A DNA stretch of 54,016 bases from Rhodothermales bacterium (GCA_041609895.1 JBFIPX010000003.1:1-54016), one strand, 5' to 3'; shown: positions 11,294-21,404, counted from the first letter of the stretch. Program-made: numbers and translations. Notes: a model not told the origin generated them from the letters alone.

Positions 11294-11439
11294 GGGGTTG
11301 ACCCTTGTGGTTGATGCACTGTGCGGATGACCGATATTACTTTCTTGCACATCACAGTGGCAAAGCAAGGCTGCCGCTTACCAAGTTCTTAACGATAAGG
11401 CGGCCGTGTATGCCATACAATAACAACGGCTTATACTGA

Positions 11440-12222
11440 ATGACTGGGCGTATTAAGAATGAGGTGAACCGTGCCGTTCAGGCTCTTCGTTCACTTGATC
11501 GGCAGGTCGTTTGCATTCTGGCGATCGTGCCGCTGCTGGTCATCGCGCAGGAAAGTCTGGGTAGCCGCACACTTTTCAGGGAGCACCTCGGCCCGCTGCT
11601 TCCGCAGCAGTGGCGAGGCCTCGCCGCATGGGGCTGGTGGTTTGGCATGCAGGGGATCCTAGGCTTTGTTCTGCCGGTCCTTCTGCTAACAACCGTCTTC
11701 AAGCAAAAGCCCTCACAGATAGGGCTCGGGTTGGGCGACTGGAAGCTGGCCGTCTTCCTTGCGGCTATCTACGTACCGGCGGTTGCAATCGGAACCTGGT
11801 TCCTGTCGAGCTCGCCCGAATTTCAATCGAAGTATCCACACTACGGACCCGCATCGTTCGACTGGATGGTCTTCGTGATCTATGAGCTGTTGTTTCTCTT
11901 CTATTGGGTCGGCTGGGAGTATCTTTGGCGCGGGTTCATGCTCTTCGGTACAGCTCGGGTCTTCGGGCTGTATGCCATATTCATTCAGACCATTCCATTT
12001 GCACTACTTCACCTCAACAAGCCGTTGCCGGAAACTATCCTGTCGGTGATTGGCGGAATCGCTCTGGGGGCACTCGTGTGGCGGTGCCGGTCCTTCTGGA
12101 TCGCGGTCCCCATTCACGCGGTACAGATGCTGATTCTTGATCTGTGGTGCGCTCTGCGGTCGAGATCGGGAATTAACGGTACCGGGCTGACCGACTTGAT
12201 GCAGGTTCTCGGGATTAACTAG
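11440..12222 (+). CDS. CPBP (Rce1/Abi, type II CAAX) family intramembrane protease
   Basis: WEYLWRG (EExxxR variant), FALLH and IH motifs; multi-TM. Confidence 0.8.
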   Translation: MTGRIKNEVNRAVQALRSLDRQVVCILAIVPLLVIAQESLGSRTLFREHLGPLLPQQWRGLAAWGWWFGMQGILGFVLPVLLLTTVFKQKPSQIGLGLGDWKLAVFLAAIYVPAVAIGTWFLSSSPEFQSKYPHYGPASFDWMVFVIYELLFLFYWVGWEYLWRGFMLFGTARVFGLYAIFIQTIPFALLHLNKPLPETILSVIGGIALGALVWRCRSFWIAVPIHAVQMLILDLWCALRSRSGINGTGLTDLMQVLGIN

Positions 12223-12277
12223 ACGAGGGGTATGCCCGCGCCATGCCAGGCGGCGTTAAGTATTTGACTGGACGTGG

Positions 12278-13258
12278 CTACCAGTCGTACCCCAGTGTGA
12301 GAATGTGGCCTGGCCCACCGAATCCTGATTCGAAGGTGACGAACCCGTAGTCGAAATTGAATGGCCCGTATCGAAAGCCTACACCCCCGGTAAACTCACG
12401 GACGGTGTCATTAGTCATTGCGCCACCGCGAATCACGAGTACGTCCAAAACCTCTGCACCCAAACCAAAGTGATACTGCGTTCGGTCGTCAGGAAGGACA
12501 TGAGCGACATCGATGGCGACGATAACGTCCAGAAGCGACTCCTCATCAATCGTGAGGATGCGAAACGGACGAATTTCCACGCCGGCTCTGACGGTCGTCG
12601 GAAGCTCCGTTGCCTCGGCATTCAGGTCGCTCATTTTGCCGACGTTGCGCAGAGTTGCCCCCACGCTCACCGCACCGCGAGCGAGGTCGGCCTGCCCGCC
12701 AAAATCGAAGGCGTATCCGCTTGCACGCTCCGAAAAGATCTCCTCGGAAAGGTATTTGACAGAAGCGCCCGTGCGAACCGGTCCAATTCGACGGCCGTAG
12801 GATGCACCGGCGGCAAGATACTGCGCCTCAAACACCCCCTGCGCCGGCCCGGGTCGATCCCTCAGTTCCAAATCGCCGCTGGAAGAAGACGTCACGAAGA
12901 GACCGAAGGCGGAGCGCTCACCCGACCAAAATCTACCCGAGAGAGCATACGTCCGGACATCGCCGATCCAGATGTGGTGCGACAAGCCGACCGAGTTTCC
13001 AACGCCCTGTACGAGCCCAGCCGGATTCCAGAAGGTCGAGAATGCACCGGAGGCCGAGGCGACCTGAGCATCACCCATCGCGACTGCTCGGCCATCTACC
13101 CCGACCTGCAGGAAAGCCAGACCGCTGTCCTGCGCAGAAGCCGTAGAAGGTAGCCAAAGAACGGCGAGGAGGACTGCTGCACAGCAAGCCGCGGCGGTAC
13201 TCGAAGCCGCCGCGATTCCACCCCGCCCATCGTTGAGTTGAAGGCTCACGATTTGCAT
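12278..13258 (-). CDS. PorV/PorQ-family outer-membrane beta-barrel
   Basis: Signal peptide, AFLQVGVDGRAVAMGDA...FWNPAGL plug motif, alternating beta-strands, C-terminal aromatic (GYDW). Confidence 0.85.
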   Translation of the reverse strand: MQIVSLQLNDGRGGIAAASSTAAACCAAVLLAVLWLPSTASAQDSGLAFLQVGVDGRAVAMGDAQVASASGAFSTFWNPAGLVQGVGNSVGLSHHIWIGDVRTYALSGRFWSGERSAFGLFVTSSSSGDLELRDRPGPAQGVFEAQYLAAGASYGRRIGPVRTGASVKYLSEEIFSERASGYAFDFGGQADLARGAVSVGATLRNVGKMSDLNAEATELPTTVRAGVEIRPFRILTIDEESLLDVIVAIDVAHVLPDDRTQYHFGLGAEVLDVLVIRGGAMTNDTVREFTGGVGFRYGPFNFDYGFVTFESGFGGPGHILTLGYDW

Positions 13259-14322
13259 CAGAGGTACACCTTGATCGCTATTACGTGCATCGTGCCCACT
13301 GCAAAAGGTTCCAGAACGAAGGCATACTCGAAACGAGCCAACAAGCTGCCAACCGGCTGCTCGATCGTGAAGCCGGTACTGGGCCGGGACTCGCTGAAAC
13401 CTTCGGAAGCAAACTGATCCACTCCGCCGCGGACGACGAACCTCTCGGCAAGATCATACTCTGCGCCAAACCGGAGGTGGCTCGTCTGACGATCTATGTC
13501 GCGCGTGACAAACGTCTCGAGAGGCGTGTCGCCGACCACCTCGATCTGCCTGTTTCGAAACTCGAGTCTGGAGACACGAGACTCATACTCAGCCAGAATC
13601 CTGACCCGTCGATCGAACAGCTCGTATGCGGCGCCTACCCTCAACCTCGTCGGGAAACGGTCACTGTTAGACCCGCCTGCATCCCCAAAAATCCCGGACG
13701 TGTCGTAATTGTATTTCGCGAGGAGATCGTCAAGGACGAGAGCCAGACTCAGCCGATCGGTGATCGCGGCCGAGACGCCGACATCGATTCCGATCGTATT
13801 CACGGCTTTAAGTCCCTCGAACAGGTCGCTCCGAAACAGCTGCAGGCTCAGTCCGCCGCTCACCTTGTCGGAGAGCTTGAGGCCAAACGCGAGAAAGAAA
13901 GCGAACTCATCCGTCGACAGCTCTTCGGTGTGAAATCCGTTGCTGTCCCGACCGTCAATGTTGGTAACACCGGCATGGATCAGACCTGCGGCCACGCCCG
14001 CCCTTGGACGCAGCGGCGTCGCAAACTGGAGGTATTGCAACTGGCGGTCAAAGCGCATAATCGCTGCTGACACGTCCAGGTGCTGGCCGGACGAAAATGG
14101 GGCCAGGGCCGGATTATAGAACGGACTGGATAGTCCGGACCGATCCGCCGCAACCGAATTGGCCACGCCAATCCCGCGGGCCCCAAAACCGATGCGTGTG
14201 AAAGCACCCGTCGCCTGCCCGAACGAGCTTGATAACGGAATTGCCGAAAGAAGTATGCACAGTGCAAGAACGACACCTCGCCAACTGACGGAACGCATGA
14301 TATGTATTGTGCCGCACCTCAC
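13258..14322 (-). CDS. PorV/PorQ-like outer-membrane beta-barrel (second paralog)
   Basis: Signal peptide, GAFTRIGFGARGIG...FYNPAL motif, beta-strand pattern; GTG start overlaps the upstream TGA (alternative ATG at 14298). Confidence 0.75.
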   Translation of the reverse strand: MRCGTIHIMRSVSWRGVVLALCILLSAIPLSSSFGQATGAFTRIGFGARGIGVANSVAADRSGLSSPFYNPALAPFSSGQHLDVSAAIMRFDRQLQYLQFATPLRPRAGVAAGLIHAGVTNIDGRDSNGFHTEELSTDEFAFFLAFGLKLSDKVSGGLSLQLFRSDLFEGLKAVNTIGIDVGVSAAITDRLSLALVLDDLLAKYNYDTSGIFGDAGGSNSDRFPTRLRVGAAYELFDRRVRILAEYESRVSRLEFRNRQIEVVGDTPLETFVTRDIDRQTSHLRFGAEYDLAERFVVRGGVDQFASEGFSESRPSTGFTIEQPVGSLLARFEYAFVLEPFAVGTMHVIAIKVYL

Positions 14323-15887
14323 TCTATCAAGAGAATCTTGCCCCAGCTGCTATCACCCCCGCTGTCAATCGAGTAGAAGTAGGTACCGTTGGCAACCCGG
14401 ATACCGTCGGAATCCGTTCCGTCCCACGAAAGCTCACGGACCCCGGACCCCCCATCGGACCGAACCTCACGAATCAAATTCATGCCGAAGTCGTGGATCC
14501 TGAGCACCGTTCCGCCGGAACCGGAATCAAAACGTATGCGCACGAATCGATCGGACGCCGGCGAGAACGGGTTGGGGTACGCGTATGAATCCACGCGAGG
14601 AATGCGCGCGCTCGGCTCCTCAGGATTGAGCGGAACATTGACTCGAAAGATATTCCACGTTTCCCCATGGTCGGTCGTCCTCACGAGTCCGTCAGACGTA
14701 CCCACCCAGAGCGCTTCCCTGGTCGTAGCCACTGAGAACACGCGGACATCAGGCTTCAGTGTGATGTCGGGGTCGTCCGCGTCCTCGAAGTACTGTACGG
14801 TTCGCCACGTCTGACCGTCATCGTCAGATATGAAAAGACCATTGTCGCCGGCTGCATATACGAAGCCATCGTCGTCGAATGCGAAGTCAAAGATCGTCTC
14901 CCCCAGCAGCAGCTGCTCGAACGTGTCTCCTCCATCTCGCGTGACGGTCACACCGAAACGACCGCGTTCTCCAGCCTCTCCAGCATTCCAACTGGCCATC
15001 CAGATTGGATTCCTGCCAGGCCTCTCCTGCTCCTCGATCGATATCACCCAGTTGCCGGTCAGCGAACCGGCGGTGCCATCCGATGAAAATCTGCGCCATG
15101 AGAAGCCACCGTCCAGCGAACGGTTGACTCCCGCAGGCGTGCCGGCCCACACCGTTCCCGTCTCATCCACCAGGACGCTAAACCCCATATGGTTGAGCCA
15201 CCCGGTGGTCCCTCGCCTCGGCTCGACTCTGAACGTATACATCGTGTCGGGGTGAATCGAATCGAGTGAGTCGGGCGGCAGAACGACCCGATCCCAGGAT
15301 GCGCCCCGGTCGTCGGATCGTCGGACGCCACTCGCCCACCCCGCTACCCAGATGCTGCCGGTCGCAGGATCAAAGTCGATGTCGAAAGGCGGGCTTTGTT
15401 GGGGAACTATGACGTCGAGCGCCGGGAGCGTCGATACACCGTAGGTCACGGTCGTCTCGCCGGGACGATCAAGTTGCGTAGCCCGGTACGACCACGACTG
15501 GCCGGCGTCCTCGGAAAACAGGAAGCCGCCGGCACTCTGCACACCATCTCCACTGGTGTTGTCCACGAAACCGAGGCCGACCCAGATTATGTCTCCCTCG
15601 ATATCGATCGAGAAGACGCGGTTCGCCGTCCCTACCAGTGAGTCAGCGTCTGCGATGAGCCACGAGATGCCCTCATCGACCGTCAGATTCAGGAAGGGGC
15701 CAGTCCACAGTGAGTCTCCCTGCGCTTTCAGGTTGGTCACCGAGTTAGACAGTATGCCGACTTCTGACTCGAGGAAATCGCGTAACGCCGCAGCCGGCAG
15801 GATATCCTGTGCCGCGGCCGGCCAAGGCACCGTCAATGCCACGACGAACGGAGCGACGATCCATTGCACGCGGATTCGTTGCGTCAT
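14319..15887 (-). CDS. Secreted BNR/Asp-box beta-propeller with C-terminal T9SS/FlgD-Ig-type sorting domain
   Basis: Signal peptide; seven S/TxDxGxS/TW/F boxes; C-terminus YAYPNPF...WDGTDSDG.RVANGTYFY...GKILLIE. Confidence 0.8.
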   Translation of the reverse strand: MTQRIRVQWIVAPFVVALTVPWPAAAQDILPAAALRDFLESEVGILSNSVTNLKAQGDSLWTGPFLNLTVDEGISWLIADADSLVGTANRVFSIDIEGDIIWVGLGFVDNTSGDGVQSAGGFLFSEDAGQSWSYRATQLDRPGETTVTYGVSTLPALDVIVPQQSPPFDIDFDPATGSIWVAGWASGVRRSDDRGASWDRVVLPPDSLDSIHPDTMYTFRVEPRRGTTGWLNHMGFSVLVDETGTVWAGTPAGVNRSLDGGFSWRRFSSDGTAGSLTGNWVISIEEQERPGRNPIWMASWNAGEAGERGRFGVTVTRDGGDTFEQLLLGETIFDFAFDDDGFVYAAGDNGLFISDDDGQTWRTVQYFEDADDPDITLKPDVRVFSVATTREALWVGTSDGLVRTTDHGETWNIFRVNVPLNPEEPSARIPRVDSYAYPNPFSPASDRFVRIRFDSGSGGTVLRIHDFGMNLIREVRSDGGSGVRELSWDGTDSDGIRVANGTYFYSIDSGGDSSWGKILLIE

Positions 15888-16681
15888 TCGATCGTGACCT
15901 CTTTCTCGACTACATTGCTTGCTAGCCCGCTGCGATCGAAGGCCTGGATTTCGAAGGTGACAGTGCCTGCCGGAGTGCCGTCGGGTACCTGGAACGTCAC
16001 CGTATAGAGGCCATCGTCGGCCACGTCGTCGCCAGACAACGAACCGCCCTCGCTCCCGTCGTCCTCCATGGCGAAGGGAGTCTGATTCGGCCCCGTCGCC
16101 TCAACGCGGAGCACATTCGAGAGCCCGTCCGGATCGGTCACTTCCGCGATCAACCTGAACGTGGCGCCCGCCGCGACGGTGTCGGGGTCCGCCTGTACGT
16201 CGACTACGACAGGGGGACTACCTGTGGTCGAAATGAAGCTAACCGTTCCCCGGGCGCGATTACTGATTCGCCCTGCCGCGTCGACCGCGAAAAGCAGCAG
16301 CGAGTAGTTCCCGATGGCTCCTTTGTCGAGCGTGAGGTCAAAATCGGCGCGATACAACGCACCCGATTGAAGCAGCTCGCCCACGGCGATCGGCTCGTCG
16401 CCGATCTCAAGTCCCTGTACGATGTATTGGACAGACTGAACGGTTGCATCTCCTACAGCCACCAGCGCCTCGACCGAAAACGGTACCGAGGCTGTTGTTT
16501 CGGACTGTTGTTCGGGAGGGATCGTCGATAGGTCGATGACCGCCGGGGAGAAGGAGAAGGACGCGATGTTGGCCGGTTGGCCGTCGCCGGAATCGACCGA
16601 CGGGACGGAGTCGCAGCCGAGACCGGCCACCATCATTAGCAAAAGCGCCGGTGCTACCCGGAGCTCTGGAACGCGCAACAC
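15884..16681 (-). CDS. Lipoprotein with Ig-like domains and choice-of-anchor-X-like motif
   Basis: GTG start at 16681 with GGAGG upstream; lipobox AGLG-C; EDDG.....GDDVADDGLYT motif. Confidence 0.7.
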   Translation of the reverse strand: MLRVPELRVAPALLLMMVAGLGCDSVPSVDSGDGQPANIASFSFSPAVIDLSTIPPEQQSETTASVPFSVEALVAVGDATVQSVQYIVQGLEIGDEPIAVGELLQSGALYRADFDLTLDKGAIGNYSLLLFAVDAAGRISNRARGTVSFISTTGSPPVVVDVQADPDTVAAGATFRLIAEVTDPDGLSNVLRVEATGPNQTPFAMEDDGSEGGSLSGDDVADDGLYTVTFQVPDGTPAGTVTFEIQAFDRSGLASNVVEKEVTIE

Positions 16682-16803
16682 GCTACGTTTCCTCCCGACC
16701 AGTTGAGTAGATAAATGGAGCGTGGTACCAGTACGCCATGCAGCGTTCGTCGAGAGTCTTCGTGCGCAAATCCAAACTACATATCCGATGAATGAAGGCA
16801 AAA

Positions 16804-18009
16804 CTAGACTATCGAAATTGGCTGGAGACTAAAGCACAATACGAATATGATCATCGCGAATATGCCAAGACGTCTGCGGCCCGGTGTCAACGGTTCAGAG
16901 ACCAGCACGGGCGGGTGGTCCACCTTGATGATGAAAACGATGAGTACACACCAGATCAGCCATCCGCTGTGTCCCAAAACGGGTGCGAGATCGAGCAGCA
17001 TGAATGCGACGGTCAGTGCGACGAGTCCGAGCAAGGCGGGGGCGATCAGGGAGTGATCACCTTTGAAAATCTTGGCGAGGTAGACGTAGTAGAGGGCCGT
17101 GAGCGCCGCCCAGTTCCAGGGACCAAGCCAGGCGCGGACATCCGTCATGCCGGGTCCCGGATCGCCTAGAAACCCGAGGCCTCCAGAGAGCAGGAGCAGC
17201 AGAACGAAGCCCCGGGCGAGCAGGCGGTGCCATTTTGCCCCGACCAGCGCGTAAAGGATATGGCCGCCGTCCAGTTGCCCAACCGGCAGCAGGTTCAACG
17301 CCGTGAAAAAGAGAGCGAGCCAAGCTGCAAAGAGCACCGGGTAATGGTACATCTCGTACATCGGTGGTGCATCCTGCGCCAATGCCGTCATCGCCCAGTA
17401 GAGCAGCGTCTGGCCGACGACGATCGTGACAGTCTCGTCCGTTCCAACCGGCTCAGGCATCTGGTCAGGGAACGCTCCTGTATTGGTAATGTGTTGTTTC
17501 AGCGCTATGTGTCCCTCCAGATCGAGCAGGTAGTCAGGCGGAGGCAGCGTGACGAGCGTCGCAATCAGGATCGCTATTGCCGCGACAAAGCCGGCCACCG
17601 GGCCGGCAACTCCAATATCGAACAGCGTTCGCATGCTCGGAACCTGCTCACGGATGCGAATCACGGCGCCCAGTGTTCCTATTCCCAGCAGGGGCAACGG
17701 GATGTAGTAGGGGAGCGAGACCTTCACCTCATGATGGCGAGCAGCGAAATAGTGACCGAACTCGTGCACGGTCAAGAAGAGCATCAACGGCAAGGCGAAT
17801 CGCAGGCCATCCTCTAGAAAGGCTAGCGGGCCTTCCAGAGAATAGACCAGCGATCGATTCGCCCAGAGTCCACCAACGTGAGTGGTGGAGATCAGCGTCG
17901 CCAAGAAGAGAAAGACGTGAAGCCAGTACCGATCACCCGGTGGCGCCGGCAGCTTCGTTGATCGTCGGACCAGCGCTTTCGGACTCAGGATGTCTTGGAT
18001 CTCAGCGAT
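16804..18009 (-). CDS. Site-2 protease (peptidase M50); start uncertain
   Basis: HEFGH, AGP and NLLPVGQLDGGH motifs. The frame stays open and protein-like upstream of TTG 17904; ATC 18009 is a candidate start. Confidence 0.85.
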   Translation of the reverse strand: MAEIQDILSPKALVRRSTKLPAPPGDRYWLHVFLFLATLISTTHVGGLWANRSLVYSLEGPLAFLEDGLRFALPLMLFLTVHEFGHYFAARHHEVKVSLPYYIPLPLLGIGTLGAVIRIREQVPSMRTLFDIGVAGPVAGFVAAIAILIATLVTLPPPDYLLDLEGHIALKQHITNTGAFPDQMPEPVGTDETVTIVVGQTLLYWAMTALAQDAPPMYEMYHYPVLFAAWLALFFTALNLLPVGQLDGGHILYALVGAKWHRLLARGFVLLLLLSGGLGFLGDPGPGMTDVRAWLGPWNWAALTALYYVYLAKIFKGDHSLIAPALLGLVALTVAFMLLDLAPVLGHSGWLIWCVLIVFIIKVDHPPVLVSEPLTPGRRRLGIFAMIIFVLCFSLQPISIV

Positions 18010-18145
18010 ATGGCATCGTGGGGATTGCGCACCGATGGAACGAGATGTCGGGCGACTGCAAGTAGCAAGCGGCTGCCGCGTCGTCTGATGGGCGGTGCGA
18101 TACGCGGCTCAACAGAAGAAGTTCGTCCGGACGAGAGACCGGCGA

Positions 18146-19351
18146 CTACGACGTAGCCTCAAGTCCTCGTGCGATGCGCCGCACCGCTTCCACGATGTTG
18201 GCCATTGACGCGGCGTACGAAATGCGAAGGCCGTCCGGAAAGCCGAATGCGTCACCTGCCACCAGCGCGACGTGATGCTTCTCAAGGAGGTACAGGCACA
18301 AGTCGGTGCTGGAGGTAATCTCCCGGCCGTTCACCGTTCTGCCGATGTAAGCCGACACGTCGGGGAAGGCGTAAAACGCTCCTTCCGGCAGGGGACATTC
18401 AAGCCCTGGAATGTCTCCCAGAAGCTGCATGAGTCGATCGCGACGCTCACGGAACTCTGCGACCATCGCGCGGATCGGCTCTTTCGGCATCTTGAGCGCC
18501 GCGACACCGGCCTTCTGAGATATACTCGACGGCGCCGATGTAAACTGCGACTGGATTTTGGCAGCGGCTTTCGTGATCTCCGGACGCGCGGCAAGGTAGC
18601 CCAGACGCCAACCCGTCATTGCAAAGCACTTTGAGAACCCGTTGACGGTTATCGTCCGGTCCTTCATACCGTCCAGCGCCGCAAACGACGTGAAGGACAC
18701 GCCGTAAACGATCCGTTCGTATATCTCGTCGGAGACGACGAAGACCTGTGGATGACTCCGGAGCACCTGTGCAAGCGCCTCCAGTTCCTCATGAGAATAG
18801 ACCGAGCCGGTCGGATTCGACGGCGAGCATAAGATCAACATTCTCGTCGACGCCGTGACAGCTTGCTCGAGCTGGTCGGGAGTCATGCGGTAGTCTCCCG
18901 CTGCGTCCGTGGGCACGATAACCGGCGTCGCACCGGCGAGGCGTACCATCTCCGGGTAGCTTACCCAATAGGGTGACGGGATGATGACCTCGTCGCCCGG
19001 TGCGCACAGCGCGAGAACACTCTGGGCAACTGCTTGCTTCGCACCGTTCGAGCAAAGGACATCCTGCGGCTTGTATTTGAGTCCGTTTTCCTCCTCAAGC
19101 TTCTGGCATATCGCTTCGCGAAGCTCAAGCATGCCGGCGTTCTCGGTGTAGCCCGTGAATCCGTCATCGATCGCCTGCTTGGCAGCTGCCGCCACGACCT
19201 CAGGCGTGTCGAAGTCGGGCTCGCCCGCACTCAGGCTGATGACCGGCTTGCCTTCCCGGCGCAGTTGACGAGCCTTGGCCGTCATTGCGAGCGTTGCCGA
19301 CGGCTGCATCGATTCCACGAACGGATTAAAGCGAAGAGTTTCCAGCTGCAC
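18146..19351 (-). CDS. Class I/II PLP-dependent aminotransferase (aspartate aminotransferase-like)
   Basis: GEPDF, SPSNPTG, SDEIY, GFSK.FAMTGWRLG and GAFY; GTG start at 19351 fits behind coaD. Confidence 0.93.
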   Translation of the reverse strand: MQLETLRFNPFVESMQPSATLAMTAKARQLRREGKPVISLSAGEPDFDTPEVVAAAAKQAIDDGFTGYTENAGMLELREAICQKLEEENGLKYKPQDVLCSNGAKQAVAQSVLALCAPGDEVIIPSPYWVSYPEMVRLAGATPVIVPTDAAGDYRMTPDQLEQAVTASTRMLILCSPSNPTGSVYSHEELEALAQVLRSHPQVFVVSDEIYERIVYGVSFTSFAALDGMKDRTITVNGFSKCFAMTGWRLGYLAARPEITKAAAKIQSQFTSAPSSISQKAGVAALKMPKEPIRAMVAEFRERRDRLMQLLGDIPGLECPLPEGAFYAFPDVSAYIGRTVNGREITSSTDLCLYLLEKHHVALVAGDAFGFPDGLRISYAASMANIVEAVRRIARGLEATS

Positions 19352-19377
19352 GGTGTTCCTGTTGTTTAAGGCTGCGC

Positions 19378-19875
19378 CTACTGAGATCGGGTGCGGCGGC
19401 GATTCAGCACGTGGTTTACCTCCGCCGGCACGAACGCCGAGACGTCGCCCCCCCATCGGTATATGTCGCGGACAATCGTCGAACTGATAGAAGAGTGCTC
19501 GGGGGATGCCGCGATGAAGATCGTTTCCAACCCTTGCGCCAGACTGAGGTTCGCGTGTGCCATTCTAGCCTCATAGTCGAAATCCCCGGCCTGTCGCAGG
19601 CCCCGGACCAGAGCATGAGCGTTTCGCGAAGCTGCATACTCAGCCACGAGCCCCGAAAAGGTCACAGCGGACACGTTTTTCAGTCCTTTGGTAATCGACT
19701 CGATCAGCCGCTTTCTCTCCTCCGGCTCCAACAGCGACTTCTTGCTCTCGTTGATGCCGATTGCAACCTCGACGTGATCAAATAATCGAGCAGCCCTGGT
19801 AACGATGTCGAGATGTCCGAGCGTAAACGGATCGAACGAGCCCGGGAAGATCACGAGCCGTGAACTATTCGGCAT
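19378..19875 (-). CDS. coaD: Phosphopantetheine adenylyltransferase
   Basis: FPGSFDPFTLGHLDI, VRGLR..GDFDYE and ISSTIVR. Confidence 0.97.
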   Translation of the reverse strand: MPNSSRLVIFPGSFDPFTLGHLDIVTRAARLFDHVEVAIGINESKKSLLEPEERKRLIESITKGLKNVSAVTFSGLVAEYAASRNAHALVRGLRQAGDFDYEARMAHANLSLAQGLETIFIAASPEHSSISSTIVRDIYRWGGDVSAFVPAEVNHVLNRRRTRSQ

Positions 19876-20425
19876 GAGCTAATGGGGCATGCGGTGCCTG
19901 AAAGAATGTGATGACCGTGTCGCCATATCTGCGCTGCAGAACGAGCGTGTCGGTACCCTCAAAATCGCGGCTTCGGTCGTGCTCCAAGATAAGAAAACCA
20001 CCCGGCTTGATGAGGGGCAGACAGGCCTCCAGCAGCTCCTCCAAATCTTCAGAGGCATAAGGCGGATCGGCAAATACCAGGTCGAAACTGTGAGCCTGCG
20101 CATCCCTGGCGAATCGCATAACATCATCGCGGACGAATCGACAACGATTAGCAACGTCTAACGATCGTGCGTTCCCTTCTACGGTGCGGAGCGCGCGTGC
20201 GTTCTGCTCCACAAAGGTGACGTGGCTGGCGCCTCTACTGATCGCCTCCAGACCGAGCGACCCGCTTCCGGCATAAAGGTCTGCCGCCCTGATGCCCTCG
20301 AGGTCTGCTCGTCCTGCAAGTATGTTGAACAAGGATTCGCGCGTCCGGTCAGATGTGGGCCGGACATCCCTTCCGGGTGGCACCTTGAGCAGTCGACTTC
20401 GAAATTCGCCGGAAATGATCCGCAT
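19865..20425 (-). CDS. rsmD: 16S rRNA m2G966 methyltransferase RsmD
   Basis: MRIISG, RPTSDRTRESLFN, DLYAGSGSLGLEA.SRGA and DPPY. Confidence 0.95.
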   Translation of the reverse strand: MRIISGEFRSRLLKVPPGRDVRPTSDRTRESLFNILAGRADLEGIRAADLYAGSGSLGLEAISRGASHVTFVEQNARALRTVEGNARSLDVANRCRFVRDDVMRFARDAQAHSFDLVFADPPYASEDLEELLEACLPLIKPGGFLILEHDRSRDFEGTDTLVLQRRYGDTVITFFQAPHAPLAHAE

Positions 20426-20448
20426 CTGAGGCAGACGACGCTGCAGGG

Positions 20449-21333
20449 CTAGAGGGCACCACCGATGCTCAGCACGTACTGACCCGGATCAAACTTGATG
20501 TCGGCTGGTGCATTCGAGACGATCGAAAGGGGATTCATGCGTGTCACTTTCGGCGACACGAGCTTTGCCAGTTCAGCTTCAAGATCATTGTCCTCATCCC
20601 CGTAGAGGAATACCTGCGATACCTTGCGGAGCGAGATGCCCGACCGCTTGATTTCGGCCAGAGCATGGTAGCAGACATCGGCCGGATCAGTCACGGTGGC
20701 GACCTCACTGGAACGAAGTTGGCGACCTACGACCAAGCCGATCTCGGTCGAGCCGTCATCGCGACCAACGAGAAGCCGTACAGCGTCCGGGTCAGACGCC
20801 TCAAATTGCCGTGCGACCCGGGCCGCCGCTTGCATGCAGGTCAGATACCTGTACTGACTTCCCTCAAAGACACCCAGCATATCGGCCAGTCGGTCCCACT
20901 TGACCTGCGGCATCGTGGCGACGTGATGCCACACCACTTCCTCGCCTTCCGAATCCTCACTGGCGACAACATCGGACGTCAATGCCATCGGCTCCTCCGA
21001 GCCCGTAACGAGACGTGCTTCCCCTTCGAGATGGTCCTTGCGCTCGTCTTCACTGAGAGTCGAGGAGAGAGGTGAGTAAAAGTCGACGCACTCCTTGGCC
21101 GGAACCACGACCGTGAAATGCCGTGACGACGTTCCCGAGAAGACGTCTACCAGCGCCTCCTGAATCGTTTTCACCTGCTCCGGGCCACCCTGGTAGACCG
21201 CCTGCTCGGCGTCGAACTCAAAGTCGCAGCTTCCGAGACGATGTAGGCGAAGGTTCGACGATCCGTGCTCCACCTCAGCATATCGCATCGCGGTGCCATC
21301 AAAGAAGAGTCCGGACTGTACGCGTTTATCCAT
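20449..21333 (-). CDS. Hypothetical protein, PilM/actin-like fold suspected
   Basis: GLFFDG N-terminal strand, VFLYG motif and C-terminal NPL.......Y.LSIGGAL resemble PilM/FtsA-like proteins; ATP motifs look degenerate. Confidence 0.5.
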   Translation of the reverse strand: MDKRVQSGLFFDGTAMRYAEVEHGSSNLRLHRLGSCDFEFDAEQAVYQGGPEQVKTIQEALVDVFSGTSSRHFTVVVPAKECVDFYSPLSSTLSEDERKDHLEGEARLVTGSEEPMALTSDVVASEDSEGEEVVWHHVATMPQVKWDRLADMLGVFEGSQYRYLTCMQAAARVARQFEASDPDAVRLLVGRDDGSTEIGLVVGRQLRSSEVATVTDPADVCYHALAEIKRSGISLRKVSQVFLYGDEDNDLEAELAKLVSPKVTRMNPLSIVSNAPADIKFDPGQYVLSIGGAL

Positions 21334-21404
21334 TGATCAACTCACGACCTGCGCGCCTTGTCTGACCTCCCGCCCCGTCAACCGGAGTCCAGCTCGGCCG
21401 TACC

